A stretch of 64,000 nucleotides of DNA, taken from assembly GCF_009834535.1 (NCBI RefSeq), contig NC_045697.1:62870001-62934000 (forward strand), written 5' to 3'. Positions within the stretch are counted from its first letter, which is position 1, and every line of letters begins with the position of its first letter. Source of the DNA: Camelus ferus (taxonomy: Eukaryota). Shown piece by piece: positions 40,615 through 54,600 of the stretch. The notes beneath the pieces are model-generated. The model saw only the letters and a list, made by a program, of their open reading frames with translations. It did no database searches and had not been told where the DNA came from. Made by a program: the position numbers and the translations under genes.

Positions 40615-40718
40615 AAGAAAATTACACAAAAAAACACACACAAAAAACAAACAAAAAAACAAACAAAACAAAAACAAAACAAAACAAAACAAAAAACAAA
40701 AAAAAAGAAAATTACACA
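40615..40718 (+). mobile_element. Poly(A)-only retrotransposition scar decayed to (CAAAA)n, flanked by a 14-bp TSD
   Basis: AAGAAAATTACACA at 40615-40628 and 40705-40718 encloses 76 nt made only of A and C. Confidence 0.8.
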
Positions 40719-43700
40719 TAGAAATAAAAATTATTATTAAATAATAACATGATTTATAATAAATTTTGCCAAAAACACTTGATCAGAGGCCTATCTAGAA
40801 TTCTTTTTTCTGAGGAATTAAGGCAAAGAATCCAAGAGACAAGTTGATTTTATTTAGCTTTCAGACAAACTAAAGTATTTAATTCATGGAAAAGTTCTTT
40901 CTCTAGGCATCTGCCTATTTTTTTTTTTCTTTATTCTCACTTGATCTCTTTTCTTCCATGGGCTATTTTTCCACTTTTTTTTTTTTTTTTTTTATCAAGA
41001 AAAGACTCCTGGAAAGCATAATTAACATCTTCAGGTGGATATAAAAGTCTTAGCTTCCTATTACATAATAAAGCATTCTAATATCAACATTCTATTTAAA
41101 AATGTCATTATATTTATTTCCACTCAATCTGAAGGCTGGAATAGAAAGGCCTTAAGATCTTGTTAAAGAGTGTTGCTGCTGTCAAAGAGTAATCCATGGA
41201 GTAGGTAGATAATCCATTTAGAAATGTTGTTTCAGAAAATTAAAAAACAAATTTAGTTACCTCGAAATACTAGTGAGTGCCCTTTACACGGTGCAGCTGA
41301 TAGAAATTTGTGCCTCTCCTATTTACTAAATCTCATAACCTTTTCTAGTGGGCATGAAACAGATATATATCTACCATTACCTGTTATTGCATTGTTATAG
41401 ATTATAGCCCAAGCTAAAACAATAATAGAATTCATTTTTTATTTCAAATAGATTTAACAACAACATATTCAGTCTAAGCAGCTTTCTTGACCATACGTCC
41501 CCCTGCTAAAGGCATATTTACAACCATAATTCAATGACTCAGTGCTGCCACTCTTCTGAAAATTTACTTAGTGTTAATGTTTTAGGAGATGACAGTGCCT
41601 TGCAAATACTGTAAATGTTTTAATACTATAACACTCAACAAGATGTAGACTCTTTCATATGTATTTTGAAGGGTGGAAAAGGCCATGTTTCTAAAGAGGT
41701 TGGTGATAAATTCTAGAACTGTAAATTTGCTTCTTATTTCTAAACAATAAAAGATACCATGTAAAACTATATTTTAAAAAACTGTGCCTCTATTCTTTTC
41801 ATTGGTATTATAAACCTGTTCATTACATTGCAAACTGACTATAGTACTCATTACAAAGTAAAATAATAAATAGAAACAATGAAAAGGACAAGTTTGCTAA
41901 TAAGGATAATTTATTGTATCTAGAGAATTTATTATACTTCCATGCATTGCTATTCTTGAGTTGAGCAGCACTACCTCCCCATAGCTGAGACAAGCTTACA
42001 ATGTTTTAATCAGAGGAAACTAGCAATTTTACTATTTCAACTGAATTATAATATATTTAGTCTTGTTGTTTTTGCCACAAAGCCCAGATGCCTAAACTGT
42101 GATATTTGTCTCAGGTATGATTGTGTAGTGGGGAAAAAAATAAAAATGTTCTTAAATATGTGCACCTCTGCATGCGTCTTTTAAAACATTCCAATAAATC
42201 TCATGTTATTATCCATGAGAAATTTAACTAGGCTAATTGACTACATGGAACAAATTAGTGTGAACCTCATTAATATAGTCATGAAAAATTGAAAATGTCT
42301 CTTTTAATTATCCAACATAGAAAGGAGCAGAATTCTTACTAGGGAATTTTTAATGTGACATATAACCCATTGATATATTAATTAATATTGTCTGTATATT
42401 ATAATTACATGCATATTATATATACATATACTAATATAGAATTTTTAAGAGCAAATGCTATGAAAAAAATACAGGTTTATTAATTATAATTCAATTTAAA
42501 TAATTTAATTCTAAAGCTATATATATTTGATCTATTGACTTTTATGTCTCAATAAAAGTGATTGCATAGAAAACCTTTTATGAAGCCTATGTCTGAATAT
42601 AGCAATTTCTCAAAAATCTGATCATAGGAAATAAAATAAATTTTCTCTGTTAATAGTTTTTATTGTCTTTAATGATGCCATGATCTAATAAATACAGAAA
42701 TAAAATTATCATTATTGTTTTGTCCTTAATTGTAGTAAAATTACAGTAAAATTTTACTAATTTACAGAGTGAAAGAGGACAAATGGAATTCTGAATCACA
42801 AAAAATATTTTAAAGGGGATTGATTTTATTATGTTCACATAGATATCAAAAGTAGGTTAACAAAGTGATATGAAATGTCCTGAGAAGCACTAACTTAATA
42901 GATAAAAGGGAATGATTTATACAGCTTCTCATTTCTCATGGCTTATTAATTATTAATAATATCTTTAGATTCTGTTCTTTTAAACAGTTTAAACGTGTTC
43001 CTTGCAAATACTGTTACCAAAGCTTAATTTTTTTTTAAACTAGCTGTATTGCCAGGGGTTAGAAATAAGTTCCAGAAGAAGAAAAATACACCCTTTACAT
43101 TCCATCCTCAAAACCAGCTGCTCTGACAGCATTAAAGAGAACACATTATTCCTGCTTCCCAGGAAGAAAAGGAATGTTCTGGTAACTGAAATCAGGAACT
43201 TACAAGGCATATATTTAATTCAGGTAAAAGTTATGATTCAGGTAATGTGTACAATTTCTAGTCAGGTTCAGGGAAGTTATTGTGGCTAATCTCAATATTG
43301 CCTAGAATACATAAATGACATCTGACTTAACACTTATGAAATACATATTTTTTTATTTTTCTTTAGAAATTTGAGATTGACACACACACGGAAGCCAATA
43401 TAAGGCTTAACATTGCCTCCTACATATTCTCTTCCTAAGACTTGAGTGAGAGATGAATTCATTCAATCACTATTTTGATAAAGACTTAATGGACAGCTTA
43501 TTTTGTGCTAAGCACCAAGCCAGGTGCTGAGTATACAATTCAAGACAGACAGTCTTCAACCTCATGGTTTAGAGTTAAATGGAAGAGCTGGATACTAAAT
43601 AATTTATATTACAAATAAATAATTACAATTGTCATAATGCTATGAAGCAAAAAATAATAATAATAAAGGATGTTAGAATTGAAATGTTTCACCTGGATCT

Positions 43701-44047
43701 TAAAAAGAGGAATCTGCAAGGATTTGGCCATGTTTTTCCATCCAGCAATGTTCAAGATAGGGAAATCTTAAACCCAAAGGACATCACCAGACTAGTCATT
43801 AGACAGTATACTTGTTCTAGAGCACAAGTAATTTCTTAGGCTTTACCCATGGCTTAAATGAAATGAACCTTGATATTATCTCTCTCTCTTTTTTCTGAGT
43901 ATATTCACAAAACAATATTTTGATTAACAACTTAGAATTCCCGGTACCTTTACACTGGGAAGGAAATGCTCTGGACAGCATACACAAATATGTTAGTCAC
44001 TGGAAAATATATTCCATAAGAGAAGGTAATCTGAGGGTGCAAGAAAT

Positions 44048-44756
44048 CTAGCTTTACTGAGATATAGTTGACATAGAGTATGTATAAGTTTAAGTTATAA
44101 GATGCGATGATTTGATACATGTGTATATTGCAGAATGATTATCACAATAAGCTTAGTTAACACCTCCATTGCCTCATATAATTACCATTTTTATAGGGAT
44201 AACATTGAAGATCTATTCCCTCAGCAGTTTTCAAGTATATAATACAGTACTGTTAACTATAGTCTCTATGCTATACATTATATCCCTAAATTTATTCACC
44301 AAAGGACAGAAGTTTGTCCAACATTTCCCCACTCCACACACCTCCTACCCTCCTATTTATCTCATTCTTGTTCCCATTTCTATGAATCTGGATATTTTAG
44401 ATTCCACATATAAGTAAGATTATACAGTATTTGACTTTCTCTGACTATTTCACTTAGTATAATGCCCTTAAGTTCCATTTATTTTGTCATATAGAAGGCA
44501 GAATTTTCTTCATTTTTATGGCTGAATAATATTCCATTGTATGTATACACCACAGCTTTTTCATCTACATTCTGTTGATGGACATTTATGTTATTTCCAT
44601 ATCTTTGTTATTGTGAATAATGTAAAATGAACATGGGGGTACACATATCTCTTTGAGATTGTGATTTTATTTCCCTTAAGACATATATCCAGAAGTGGGA
44701 TTGCTGGATCCTACCATAACTTTATTTAAAATTTTTTTAGGAAACTATATTGTTTT
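44048..44756 (-). mobile_element. L1MA-type 3' end
   Basis: gatttgatacatgtgtatattgcagaatgatt ... ttttagattccacatataagt ... ggctgaataatattccattgtat ... ccagaagtgggattgctggatc. Confidence 0.9.
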
Positions 44757-45730
44757 CTGAAGGAGTCAGCCTGTGCTAGAGTGGGTCAGGGCTGGGCTGT
44801 GTGGTAAAGCTGGGTGCCACTTCACTCTCCTTCTCCAATGAGGAGGATGTCTATTTCTGCACTGGGCTGCCTGGACTTGGAGGAGGGATGGTGGGGGTAA
44901 CCTATCTTTCCTATCCTCTATGCATTTCATATTTCTGCACTTCACCCAGGTGCTGTAATCCCTCACTTATATTTATAGTTCTTAAGAAGGTATTTTCATG
45001 CACAGAACGTTGTTCAAATTGGTGTTTTTGTTTTATTTTTAACATGAAGGTTGGATGTGGTGGTGGTTAATGACTTTTCCCTATATTTGTCAGTTTTCTT
45101 TCTTTTTTCATTAGGAGGGAACTATGTTGAGTAACCTGCTAGCCTTTCTCTACCTTCACATTAGTTCTTCCCCTGGGAGAAGTAGTGATTTAATTTGACA
45201 GGAGTTTGGAATGAGAAACTGGGCATGTTGTTCACCCCTTCCTACTAACATTTTTCTTTCTCAAGGAAGCATCCATTGATTTCACCTCTGTTTATCTAAC
45301 TAGTCATAAAAAGTAATTTCTATGTTAGCAATAATTTAAATTTAACTTCTCAAGAAAGTAAACATGAACTTTGTTATTAGGTATCTTCCCATATGATAAA
45401 GAGTATACTTATATTAATTTTTAAATTATTCATCAAAAACAAACAAAAGTATCTTTTAAAAAACACTTGAGGCTGGCATATAGGTCCTAGGGATCTGTAA
45501 ACAATGAGTTTGAGTAATGCTTAATGCTAAAAATGCTAAAAAGTATATACTCAATAGTAAGTAATACTAATAAAATAAATAATTTATTGTAAAAATGAGG
45601 CCTTTTCTTTCTACAACTTTTTGGTATTCTGTTAAACTCAGACATTCAAAAGATTTGAAATTTATATGTAAATAATTAAACACAGATGTATCTTGATTAA
45701 AAGGGCAATTCTATTAATTTTTAAACACTT

Positions 45731-46465
45731 TGATTTATGTCAAAGAGTGTTCTGCCTACGTTTTTCCTCTAGGAGTTTTATAGTATCTGGTCTTACATTT
45801 ACATCTTTAATCAATTTTGAGTTTATTTTTGTATGTGGTTTTAGAGAATGTTCCAGTTTCAGTCTTTTACATGTAACTGTCTAGTTTTCCCAGCACTAGT
45901 TATTGAAGAGACTCTTTCCTCCACTGTATATTCTTCATCTTTGTCGTGAGTTTATTTCTGGGCTTTCTATCCTGTTCCACTGATATATGTGTCTGTTTTT
46001 TCTGATAGTACCATGCTGTTGATAGTACTCAGCCATAAAAAAGAATGAAATAATGCCATTTGCAGTAACCTGGATGGACCTAGAGATTATCATGCAGAGT
46101 GAAGGAAATCAGACAAAGACAAATATCATATGATATCACTTATGTGTGGAATGTAAAAAAATGATATAAATGAACTTATTTACATAGACTCACAGACATA
46201 GAAAACAGATTTGTGGCTACCAAAGGTGAGGGGAAGGATAAATTAAGAGTTTGGGATTAACAGATACACACTACTATATATAAAATAGATAAACAACCAG
46301 AACTAGTGTATAGCACAGGGAAGTATATTCAGTATCTTGTAATAACATACAATGGAAAAGAATCTTAAAATATATATATATGTAACTGAATCACTTTGCT
46401 GTACCCCAGAAACTGACACTACATTGTAAATCAACTATACTTCAATATAAAAATAAATAAAATGC
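45731..46465 (+). mobile_element. 5'-inverted L1 (antisense ORF2 piece 45731-~46020, sense 3' end ~46025-46465)
   Basis: Antisense L1 (ttttcctctaggagttttatagtatctggtcttacattta) abuts a sense L1 3' end (tactcagccataaaaaagaatgaaataatgccatttgcag ... A-rich tail). TAAACACTT is repeated at 45722-45730 and 46466-46474. Confidence 0.85.
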
Positions 46466-47727
46466 TAAACACTTAATATTTTCACATTTTGTTGAATGCA
46501 ATTTATACATATTGACCTAGCCAAACTATTGACCAAAGGTGAAGCTAGACTTTGAAAAAGAAACTAGAGGTGAATTCTTGTGATACTTGTTTATTTTGCT
46601 CTTTAGAAGCAGAGAGACCTCCTTTTAAACATTTTCTGTTGTGTATGTATGTTCATTCAGCCATATTTATCTCACCCACACACTCACAATTTAATTGTCT
46701 ACAAACATTACATAGCATTATTTAACTCATTAATGTGACTCTTCATCTGTTACCTGATAAGCTACTAGAGGACTGTGAGATCACTGTCCTGGATACTAAC
46801 CAACTGCTGTTGCCTTCATGGAAGTAGGAAGATGCTTGTCATATTATATATTCCTTGGGAGAAAAAATTAGTCAATCTTTATCTTGAACAATTTTCCACA
46901 AATATTGTTTGTGCTTAGCTTGGTTTGTTTTATGTTCACTGTTGAAAAATCACAAAAGTTTAAAAACTATGAAAGAGGGTGCTTATTATGAAACAAATCA
47001 CTGTTATATGCCTGTCTTTTTGCAGAAGATTATTAAATAAACAATAGTTTAAAATAAAACAGCAAAAGAAAAAAGAGTCTATTTTAAACCACACACACAC
47101 ACAAACACTTTATATGAACCATCTGGTGAAACAATAGCTGGAACAATAGTAGAGAATGAAAGCAATAAATTTGTTCCAATTTAACCTTCTTATTCTACTC
47201 TTTTAAGTCAGTGTTTTAATTGATTCCCTGACATGGTGACCTGTGAGCTTCCAGTCAGAGGCGGTACTCTCAGATCACTTCACAAATCCATGCAGTGGTT
47301 CAACTTTTTAAATGATGATGAAAATGGAACACATCTATTCCAGCTTCCTGTTTCATAAAAGAGGATAAACAATTTGTTGTGACCTGAACTGTGAAGGGGA
47401 GACTCACTTGCTTTAAAATATCTCTTTCAGGAGTAAGCAAGTGAAATTGCAAGATTCCTAAAAGCAGAGAGTAAGGATTCATTAACGGATTTCGGAAGAT
47501 TTGGCTGTTACTGTTTTATTGTTGTTGTTTAAGATCCATTTGTTAAAACAGAAATGCCTTTTAGAAAATAAAATTATTCTCTGTATGTGTTTACATTATT
47601 ATAATACTGAATCTTAATAACAAGCCTTGAGGTTCCTACAAAAATGACATACGAGTTGAATATTTGAAAGGGAGAGTACTTGGAAGAAAGATATGGGATT
47701 AGTCCCTGTAAGCTGGGGATCTAAGAT

Positions 47728-48072
47728 AGTTATTAGAGGTAAATATTTCCCATTCTCCACTTTCTGGGCTCCTTGTAGGACTGTGTTTCCTGTGGCCCTA
47801 ATAGTTGGGTGAATCATATGACTAGTTTTGGCCAAGGAATGCAAATGGAAATAGTGTGCACTACTTCTATGTCAGAACATAAGACTCTCTGTCATCCTCC
47901 TTCCTTTTGACCTGGTCATATAATGTTCCAGAAGGTGGGTGAGCTGACTGCTCTGGAACTCCCAGTCAATTCTCAAAGGACCTGTACCTTGAAAGAAAAA
48001 TAAACCTTTTGTTTTCAGCCACTGTGATTGAGTTTATTGTGCAGCATAACAAAGTCCAATCTGATTAATACA
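47728..48072 (+). mobile_element. MaLR LTR (MLT1I/J-like)
   Basis: catatgactagttttggccaaggaatg ... gaaaaataaaccttttgttttcagccactg ... ctgattaataca. Confidence 0.75.
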
Positions 48073-51000
48073 CATGACAACGCTTCAATAATTTCACAGT
48101 ATTTCTAAGACCTAACTTTCCCTGAAGATGTGAATGTTTAGTCAAACTATATGGACTTTATCTCATATGCAAATATAGAATGATGAGGTGACTTTTTATC
48201 TGTGTATCCTTTCACAATTTAAAAACATTTCCACACATACTATCTCACTTATTTTGTAAAATAGTCCTCTTAGAAAACTTGAGGAATTTTTTTTATTATC
48301 ACTGTTTATGCATTAAGGGATTAAAAACAGTTGAGTAATTTGGTATTTAGTCACAGAGCCAAGACATAAATACTCAGATACATCACGATTTGTTCTTCCT
48401 CTCTCCATCACTCTCTTTTTCCAAAATCATTGTAAGCACTGTGAATACCCGAAAGATCTAAGTCATGTGCAGTCAGAAACTTAATAGACCAGATCCTATA
48501 ATGGGGAGTTATACAAACTAAAATATACATTAGGATGAAATCTATGACCATGGAGGACCTTAATTAGAGAGCCAGGATCCTTACAGGTAATAAAGATATA
48601 CAGTCACTGATTTTGTGCAAGAGGGAACTAGTAACAAATAATCCATATTGTGAATAACCTCTTTATTAAAAATATGGGAAAACCACCAGGGATATTGGTT
48701 ATACAGTCCTTTCAAAAGTAGAGTTATATTTTCTTGAAATTAGGAGTATGGAAACCATGCAGTAGAACTGAGGACACTAGTTTTGTCATTTTTATTGGGG
48801 GCCACTGGAACTCTCTGCATTTTTGTGAATCCTAAGAGAATTCTTGAAAATGAGTAAATAATTACTGATTAGAATGGGGGTGAGACAAGGGAGCAGTAAG
48901 AGGACTAACAAAAGTACAATATAAGTATTTCTTTTTCAGAAAAAAAAGAGGCAAAATATAACAAATATAACAAATCCTGGGCATTCCTTAACATCTATCA
49001 TGCTGTCAAAATTGTATGAATTTTGCCTAAATGGATGTTTAAGATTTGGTGTTCATAGGAAGTGCTTCCGGGACGTGAAGAAAAGCCTATCCTTTGTCTT
49101 AAGAGGAGGGAAACTGTCAAATGTTTATAGAAACACAGTGGCGCTTCTGCAGGGGAACATCCCACTAGCCTCACATCTACCCAGGTGTGAATCACAAAGC
49201 CTGCGTGTGCGATTTCCATCACAATGGAAATAAGGAATAAATAAGGTTGTTAAATGTCAGCCACCTTAGATGAACTGCTTTAACATTCTTCTCTTCCAAG
49301 TCAGCCTTGGATTTTTGTTACTCACCAAGCTTATTTTTTGAAACAGCACTTCGATGGGATATCTCAGTTTGAATATCAATTTAAGATTCAAGATAAAGTG
49401 ATATCTCATTTACCAGGTTTTTGTAGTAAATATGAACTATGCACATGGACCATTTAAATACTTGTGTTTTCTCTCATAACTTAGAGCATGGGCTTGCAAA
49501 ACAGTCACTCAAAAGTCTCTTCAATTTAATTGTTCCATGCCGTGAGTTACCTGTGTATATATGGATGCAGAGTAAGAAGCTTTTCCATCTGAAGGGATTA
49601 AGAAACATTTCATTAATACTAGAAATCTATACTCCAGATTTAGAGTATCGGCACCTGTGCCTGCACCTGTTTAAGGATCAGAAAAGGAATATCTGACACT
49701 TTCAGGTTTTGGGGACTTAAAGAATAAGATTTTCCTGACCTCAGCAAGAACAAGGCATAAGAATATGTAACTCTGATACTAGCCATATGTTCCATTTCCC
49801 AGTTATTAAGGTTTCCTTCAGTACAGCTGATTAATTAGATTTTTAAAAATTCAGGCAATTTACACCTGTGGTATCATACATCCCTTGAGGCTGATGGGCC
49901 TGAAATCCTCAGGATGTTAAGAGATCCTGCAGGGCAGGAGCAGGAGCAGGAGGGGGCGAGGACAATTCCCTGATCTGGTGCAGTCGCACTTTTTAATAAC
50001 ACTCTGGCTTATGTAAATGTCCCACTAAGGGGAATGAGTTCTGGAGTACAAGTCTCACTAAGTGCTGGAGGCATATGGATGTGACAGTAAAAGACATTTC
50101 TGAAAGCTCTGCTCTGGTTAAAGCTTCAGCCAGCGTAGTTTTTAATCACACCCTGTGAAAACAACTGGTGGACACCAGGGAGCACAGAGTATATCTGAGT
50201 GTGAGAGGATAAGCCCGCAGGGATGGTTAAAGAATCGAATTTAGGCACATCAGTGCTCTAATAGGAAGTCTAGTTTCCTTCACATAGTAAGTGTCAATAG
50301 TTGAGAAGGAGATTGGGGAGGAGGCTGTGGTGTGGAACCCACAGCGAGTGTGAGTGAGAACACTGATTAAAGAGAAAGTCTCTTCTCAAGTTTAAAAAAA
50401 AACAAACAACTGCTTAATTCAAGTACTGTGAATACACGAATATATTTTAGTTTAATAGTTCTAAGACAGCTATTTTCATTGTTAACCAGTGGGTTGGGGA
50501 GTGTTACAGGAAATTTAAAAATCTGAACAAATATTTCAAAACTTGTCCTAATAACTCAGAGATTGAATTTGAAGTGGCAACCAGTTTCTCGAACTTCTAA
50601 TTTATCTTTCTTCCCAGGAAGTGATAACACCTTAAGTACAGTAATGAAGTAAACGAATTCTTAGTTTTAATTTTTCCACAATATATGTGGGGGTTTTTCT
50701 TGGTTGACAGTTATTAGAAGCAATAAAAAAAAAGCCACTGGCATCCAAAATTTACTGTGGTCATCACTGGCAAAGCTACCATAAACTTTCTCTTAATAAA
50801 AAGCAATCGTTCAATTTTCTGTATCAGTGAACAAGAACATTCATCCGGAAAATGAAATTTATGTATACTCTATCCATCTAGATGAGATGGCATCTCGTCA
50901 ATGAGGGATGCAAAGAGCTCTGGAAAAGCAATATGCAGATCTAGGTTTCAGTTCTTCTCTGCCTTTTACACTGTAACCGGGACACTGGGGAAATCTAGTG

Positions 51001-53739
51001 CCACAGTTCCTTGTCCGTAATGTTAGAACTAAATTCTTTTTTAGTTTCATGAACTATGAAGTTCTATGAACTATGAGTTGAGTGCTATAGCGGTGTCTAG
51101 AGCTACCTGATGTAACCCCACTCTGAACAGTAAAGGTCCCTAAGTTTCTAAAGCCTTTCATGTGATTCAAACGGCAGACTATCACCTGGACTGAGGGGGA
51201 AATAACTATTAATTGGAGGTTTCCAGACCCTTCATTAGCATTCCCATCACTCATTCACTGTCTGTGATAAGCCTAGATCAACACCTTAAACTATGGGAGA
51301 TGATGCTAAGAAATGCTCTCAGTGTAAATGTATTCATTTGCTAACTTAATCAAACATTCAACAAGTATTTATTGAGCAATAATTATTTATAAGGCACCAC
51401 TTTACACAGACTGTATACAAGAGGAAATTCTGTGCTCTCACAGAGCTTATGTTATATTAAACACTAATGAACTTCATAGCAAGGGTCTTTAGAGCCATGT
51501 ATCAGGAGTCTGATTTGGGATGAGACCCCACCTGAGACATTACTGCCAAAGAGAAGAAGGCCATGGCCTTGACAAGGCACGGTGGAAGGCATAGCTGCTG
51601 AAATTCACCAACAACCAAAACTGGACCATAAGTTTTGAAAATATATGTTCCCTAATGTGTCAATATTAATTATGTCAGGGAAAAGTAATTGGAATATCAT
51701 TAAGTCCAGAATAGTGTTTCAGGTCTAAAAGAAAATTATTGATTATTTAAGAATTTATCTTTAACTGTGAGTGTACAAAACCAGAAATACACAATATTTA
51801 TACCAGCTAGCTTTTGGTGAGAATTCTATGCCGTTTTGTTGCTGTTGTTCCTTTGTTTTTTCTACTCTCTCTAGCCCCAATTTTTAGCATTCTCTCATTC
51901 TTTTCTGAGATTCTGGTGCCTCGAATATCCAGTTCTAGAGAAAACATTCTGATGAATACATTTACAACAGATGTCAGAGGATTGGTTAAAATATATCTAA
52001 AGGTGAATGCAAATTTTAAGGAGCAAATGGAGGGAGGCAATGCATAACATAATGAATATCTTGTTAATAGTAGACTCAGGCATCCAGGGAGAAGCTGTTT
52101 TGGGGAGGAAGACTATGCAGAGGGGTCTCTAATTTGCTTATGAATAATGACATCTATGGTACCTCCATATCTGTTTTTTTAGTTCATTACACAAACATTT
52201 ATTGAACATGCCTTACATGACAGCTCTGCTGGTGGACATACACACACAGACACACAATTCCTACTTTTACGGACCTCATAGTGAGAGTAGCAACTGCCCT
52301 GGTCTGCCAGTACCTTCTCTCTGTTCTTTACCAACATGTGTTTACCCTAGGATAAGCCAATTATTATTATTTACATTCTAGTCAGCCATTATCATTGGTC
52401 TAATGAGGGGTAGAAGAGGCAATAGACCAATGATTTACTTTCTGAGGATTTTTAGATGGTATTTGAAGCTAAGTAACTTCATACTAGTGCCTACAAGAAG
52501 ACAGACAAGCTCTCCTGGTGTGATCTCCACAACTGCCCTGGATCCAAGATAGACTGGGGATCAACTAGATTGATCAGCTCTTCTCTCTATTCTTGGAAAA
52601 ATACTGGTATCTTATCTACATTTTCTTTTTTTAATTCAATCGAAGAACTTAAATTTTAACAGAAAGTGTACATAGAACTAAGGTGCTAACCAAATCATTA
52701 TGAATATTACAATGTATGCCATGGAAGAAAAATGACAGGGAGTTAATGAGCCTGTGTAAACAGGGGTAAAACAATCTGCAGGGTTAATAGTAGGTATCTT
52801 TAAGAAAATGACATTAAATGTGTGTTATATTCCAGGTAAATGAAAGAAATGGGTCTAAAAATTGCCTGTTCTTCATTTATTTATTTATTTAGTATTTGAA
52901 CCTAGCTTTGTTAATATGATTTCAATGCCATTTTCCTGAAACAAATCATGGAAACTTTAGGTCTCTGAAACCCAGTTTCCTAGCAATTTAATATCTTCTG
53001 GAGTTTTGATGACTGATGGAGTAAGGGGCAGTGAAGAATATTATATGATACCACTTGAATTCATCCTGCTATAGACGTAAACCTTCCACCTGGGAAGTAT
53101 TTCAGAATCTACAATTAGGAGAAGAAGAACACAAAGTTCTCTTTGTCTATCTTTTACCAATTTGTTCCGTCTTAAGGTAGACTCACAGAATTCTTCTACC
53201 TAGCAGACCTGAGTTCAGGAGCCATGTTGCCTGGGAAGGAAATGCTAAGTAGGTGATTATTCTTGTGTGTTGGTAGGAGAACAAGAAATGTTCTCTGCAC
53301 AGAATTGGGAGTAAAGTTGGTGATGTGTACTCTGCTGTTTTCCCCTTGCAGTAATCCCAACAGTGAAGATAGTTAAAAAATAAAGCTATAATCTGGATCT
53401 AAAAGTTTAGAGACTATGAGACAGTTATAATCTTCTAGAACACTTGTTACTTCGGAATAAACCCTTCTTCTTATGAGAAAGAATGAAATCATTTGGATCC
53501 TTGTCTCTTTATTATATTATCACATCTTTAAGATACATCTTGCAATAAAAAAAAAAGTTGAGAACAACGATTGAAAATAAAGCACCAGATTTATGACTAG
53601 AGCCATAAAAATACTTTTTTTAGTTTAAAAAAGCAAACTTTTTGTTTATGTTTAGATCATTGATCAGTTTGCATTATAACCAGTTTATTCATAATTAGCA
53701 AGAACTATTATCTACCCATCACTTACTTTTTCCAGGAAA

Positions 53740-53925
53740 CATTAGCTTCATTTAATCCTAGTAACAATTCCATAAGGCCACTATTATTACCACTACTGCC
53801 AATTTTAGAAACGAAGAAATGGAGAGTTTAAATAGCCTGATAAAGGTCAAAGAATTGATAAGTATTGGAGGTATAATAAAAATTTCTATCAGATGCCAAA
53901 GCCCATGCTTCTCCCCCAGTACTAA
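53740..53925 (-). mobile_element. MIR SINE
   Basis: cttcatttaatcctagtaacaattccataagg ... ccaattttagaaacgaagaaatggagag ... gatgccaaagcccatgct. Confidence 0.65.
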
Positions 53926-54169
53926 CCTGACTTCTAGGAGTTAAGTGTAACTTTTAACATCATACATGTGTTTATATTTATTCCTTCATTTATGTTGGCA
54001 TCTGCAAATTAAAAAACAAAACAAAACAAAACAAAAAAAAACCAAACTTCCAGCCAACTCACACTGCAAATAGGATAATAGGGTTATGGCGAGACACTCC
54101 CAATATTTATAAATAAGATTGCCCTCAGGAGAGTTCAATTCATCAAATCCGACTAGAATGGTTATGATT

Positions 54170-54600
54170 AGCCACCTGCGCTAGAAAATCAAAATATTGC
54201 CTGTAGGGAAAATGGAGTCCGACAGGCTCCCTCGCTGGACATCTGGTGCTAGTGGCGCCGCAATATTATCCCGCATGCGCAGTACCACTGTATTGTTGGT
54301 AATGACGGGCGCTGCGCAAGCGCACTGGGTGAGCCTCGGGGTTCACGTAGTTGGCTAGATGGCGGCTTTGTTTGCTTTGCTGAATAAAGCGGCCAGGACA
54401 TGCTGCCGCCACCGCCGCTGCCGCCACCGCCATTGAAGCCTGTGTGTTCTGCTCGGCGATAAAGGCACGTCAGAGATACCGACGGCTCCTTGGCTCCTCG
54501 AGTGTTCTTCGGTCAGCTGGAATCCATGAACCCGTGAACCTGAAAGGCCTCCAGCACCTCAGGCGCCTGCAAAGCACTGCCCATTGATTGTGAGTTAATG
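54170..54600. promoter_or_regulatory. Small CpG-island-like promoter / first-exon region, possibly bidirectional
   Basis: The only dense non-retrocopy CpG cluster in the window. It has NRF1-type motifs CGCATGCGCA (54272-54281) and TGCGCAAGCGCA (54313-54324), YY1-type AGATGGCGGC (54357-54366), CRE-type TGACG/CACGTCA, a GCC-rich 5'UTR-like tract (54402-54431) and a plus-strand donor GTGAGT (54590-54595). Confidence 0.75.

Noticed and set aside
51047..51077. Short tandem duplication ATGAACTATGA x2 (similar micro-duplications near 7447, 45523 and 48955)
   Set aside because: Ordinary slippage duplications with no further structure.
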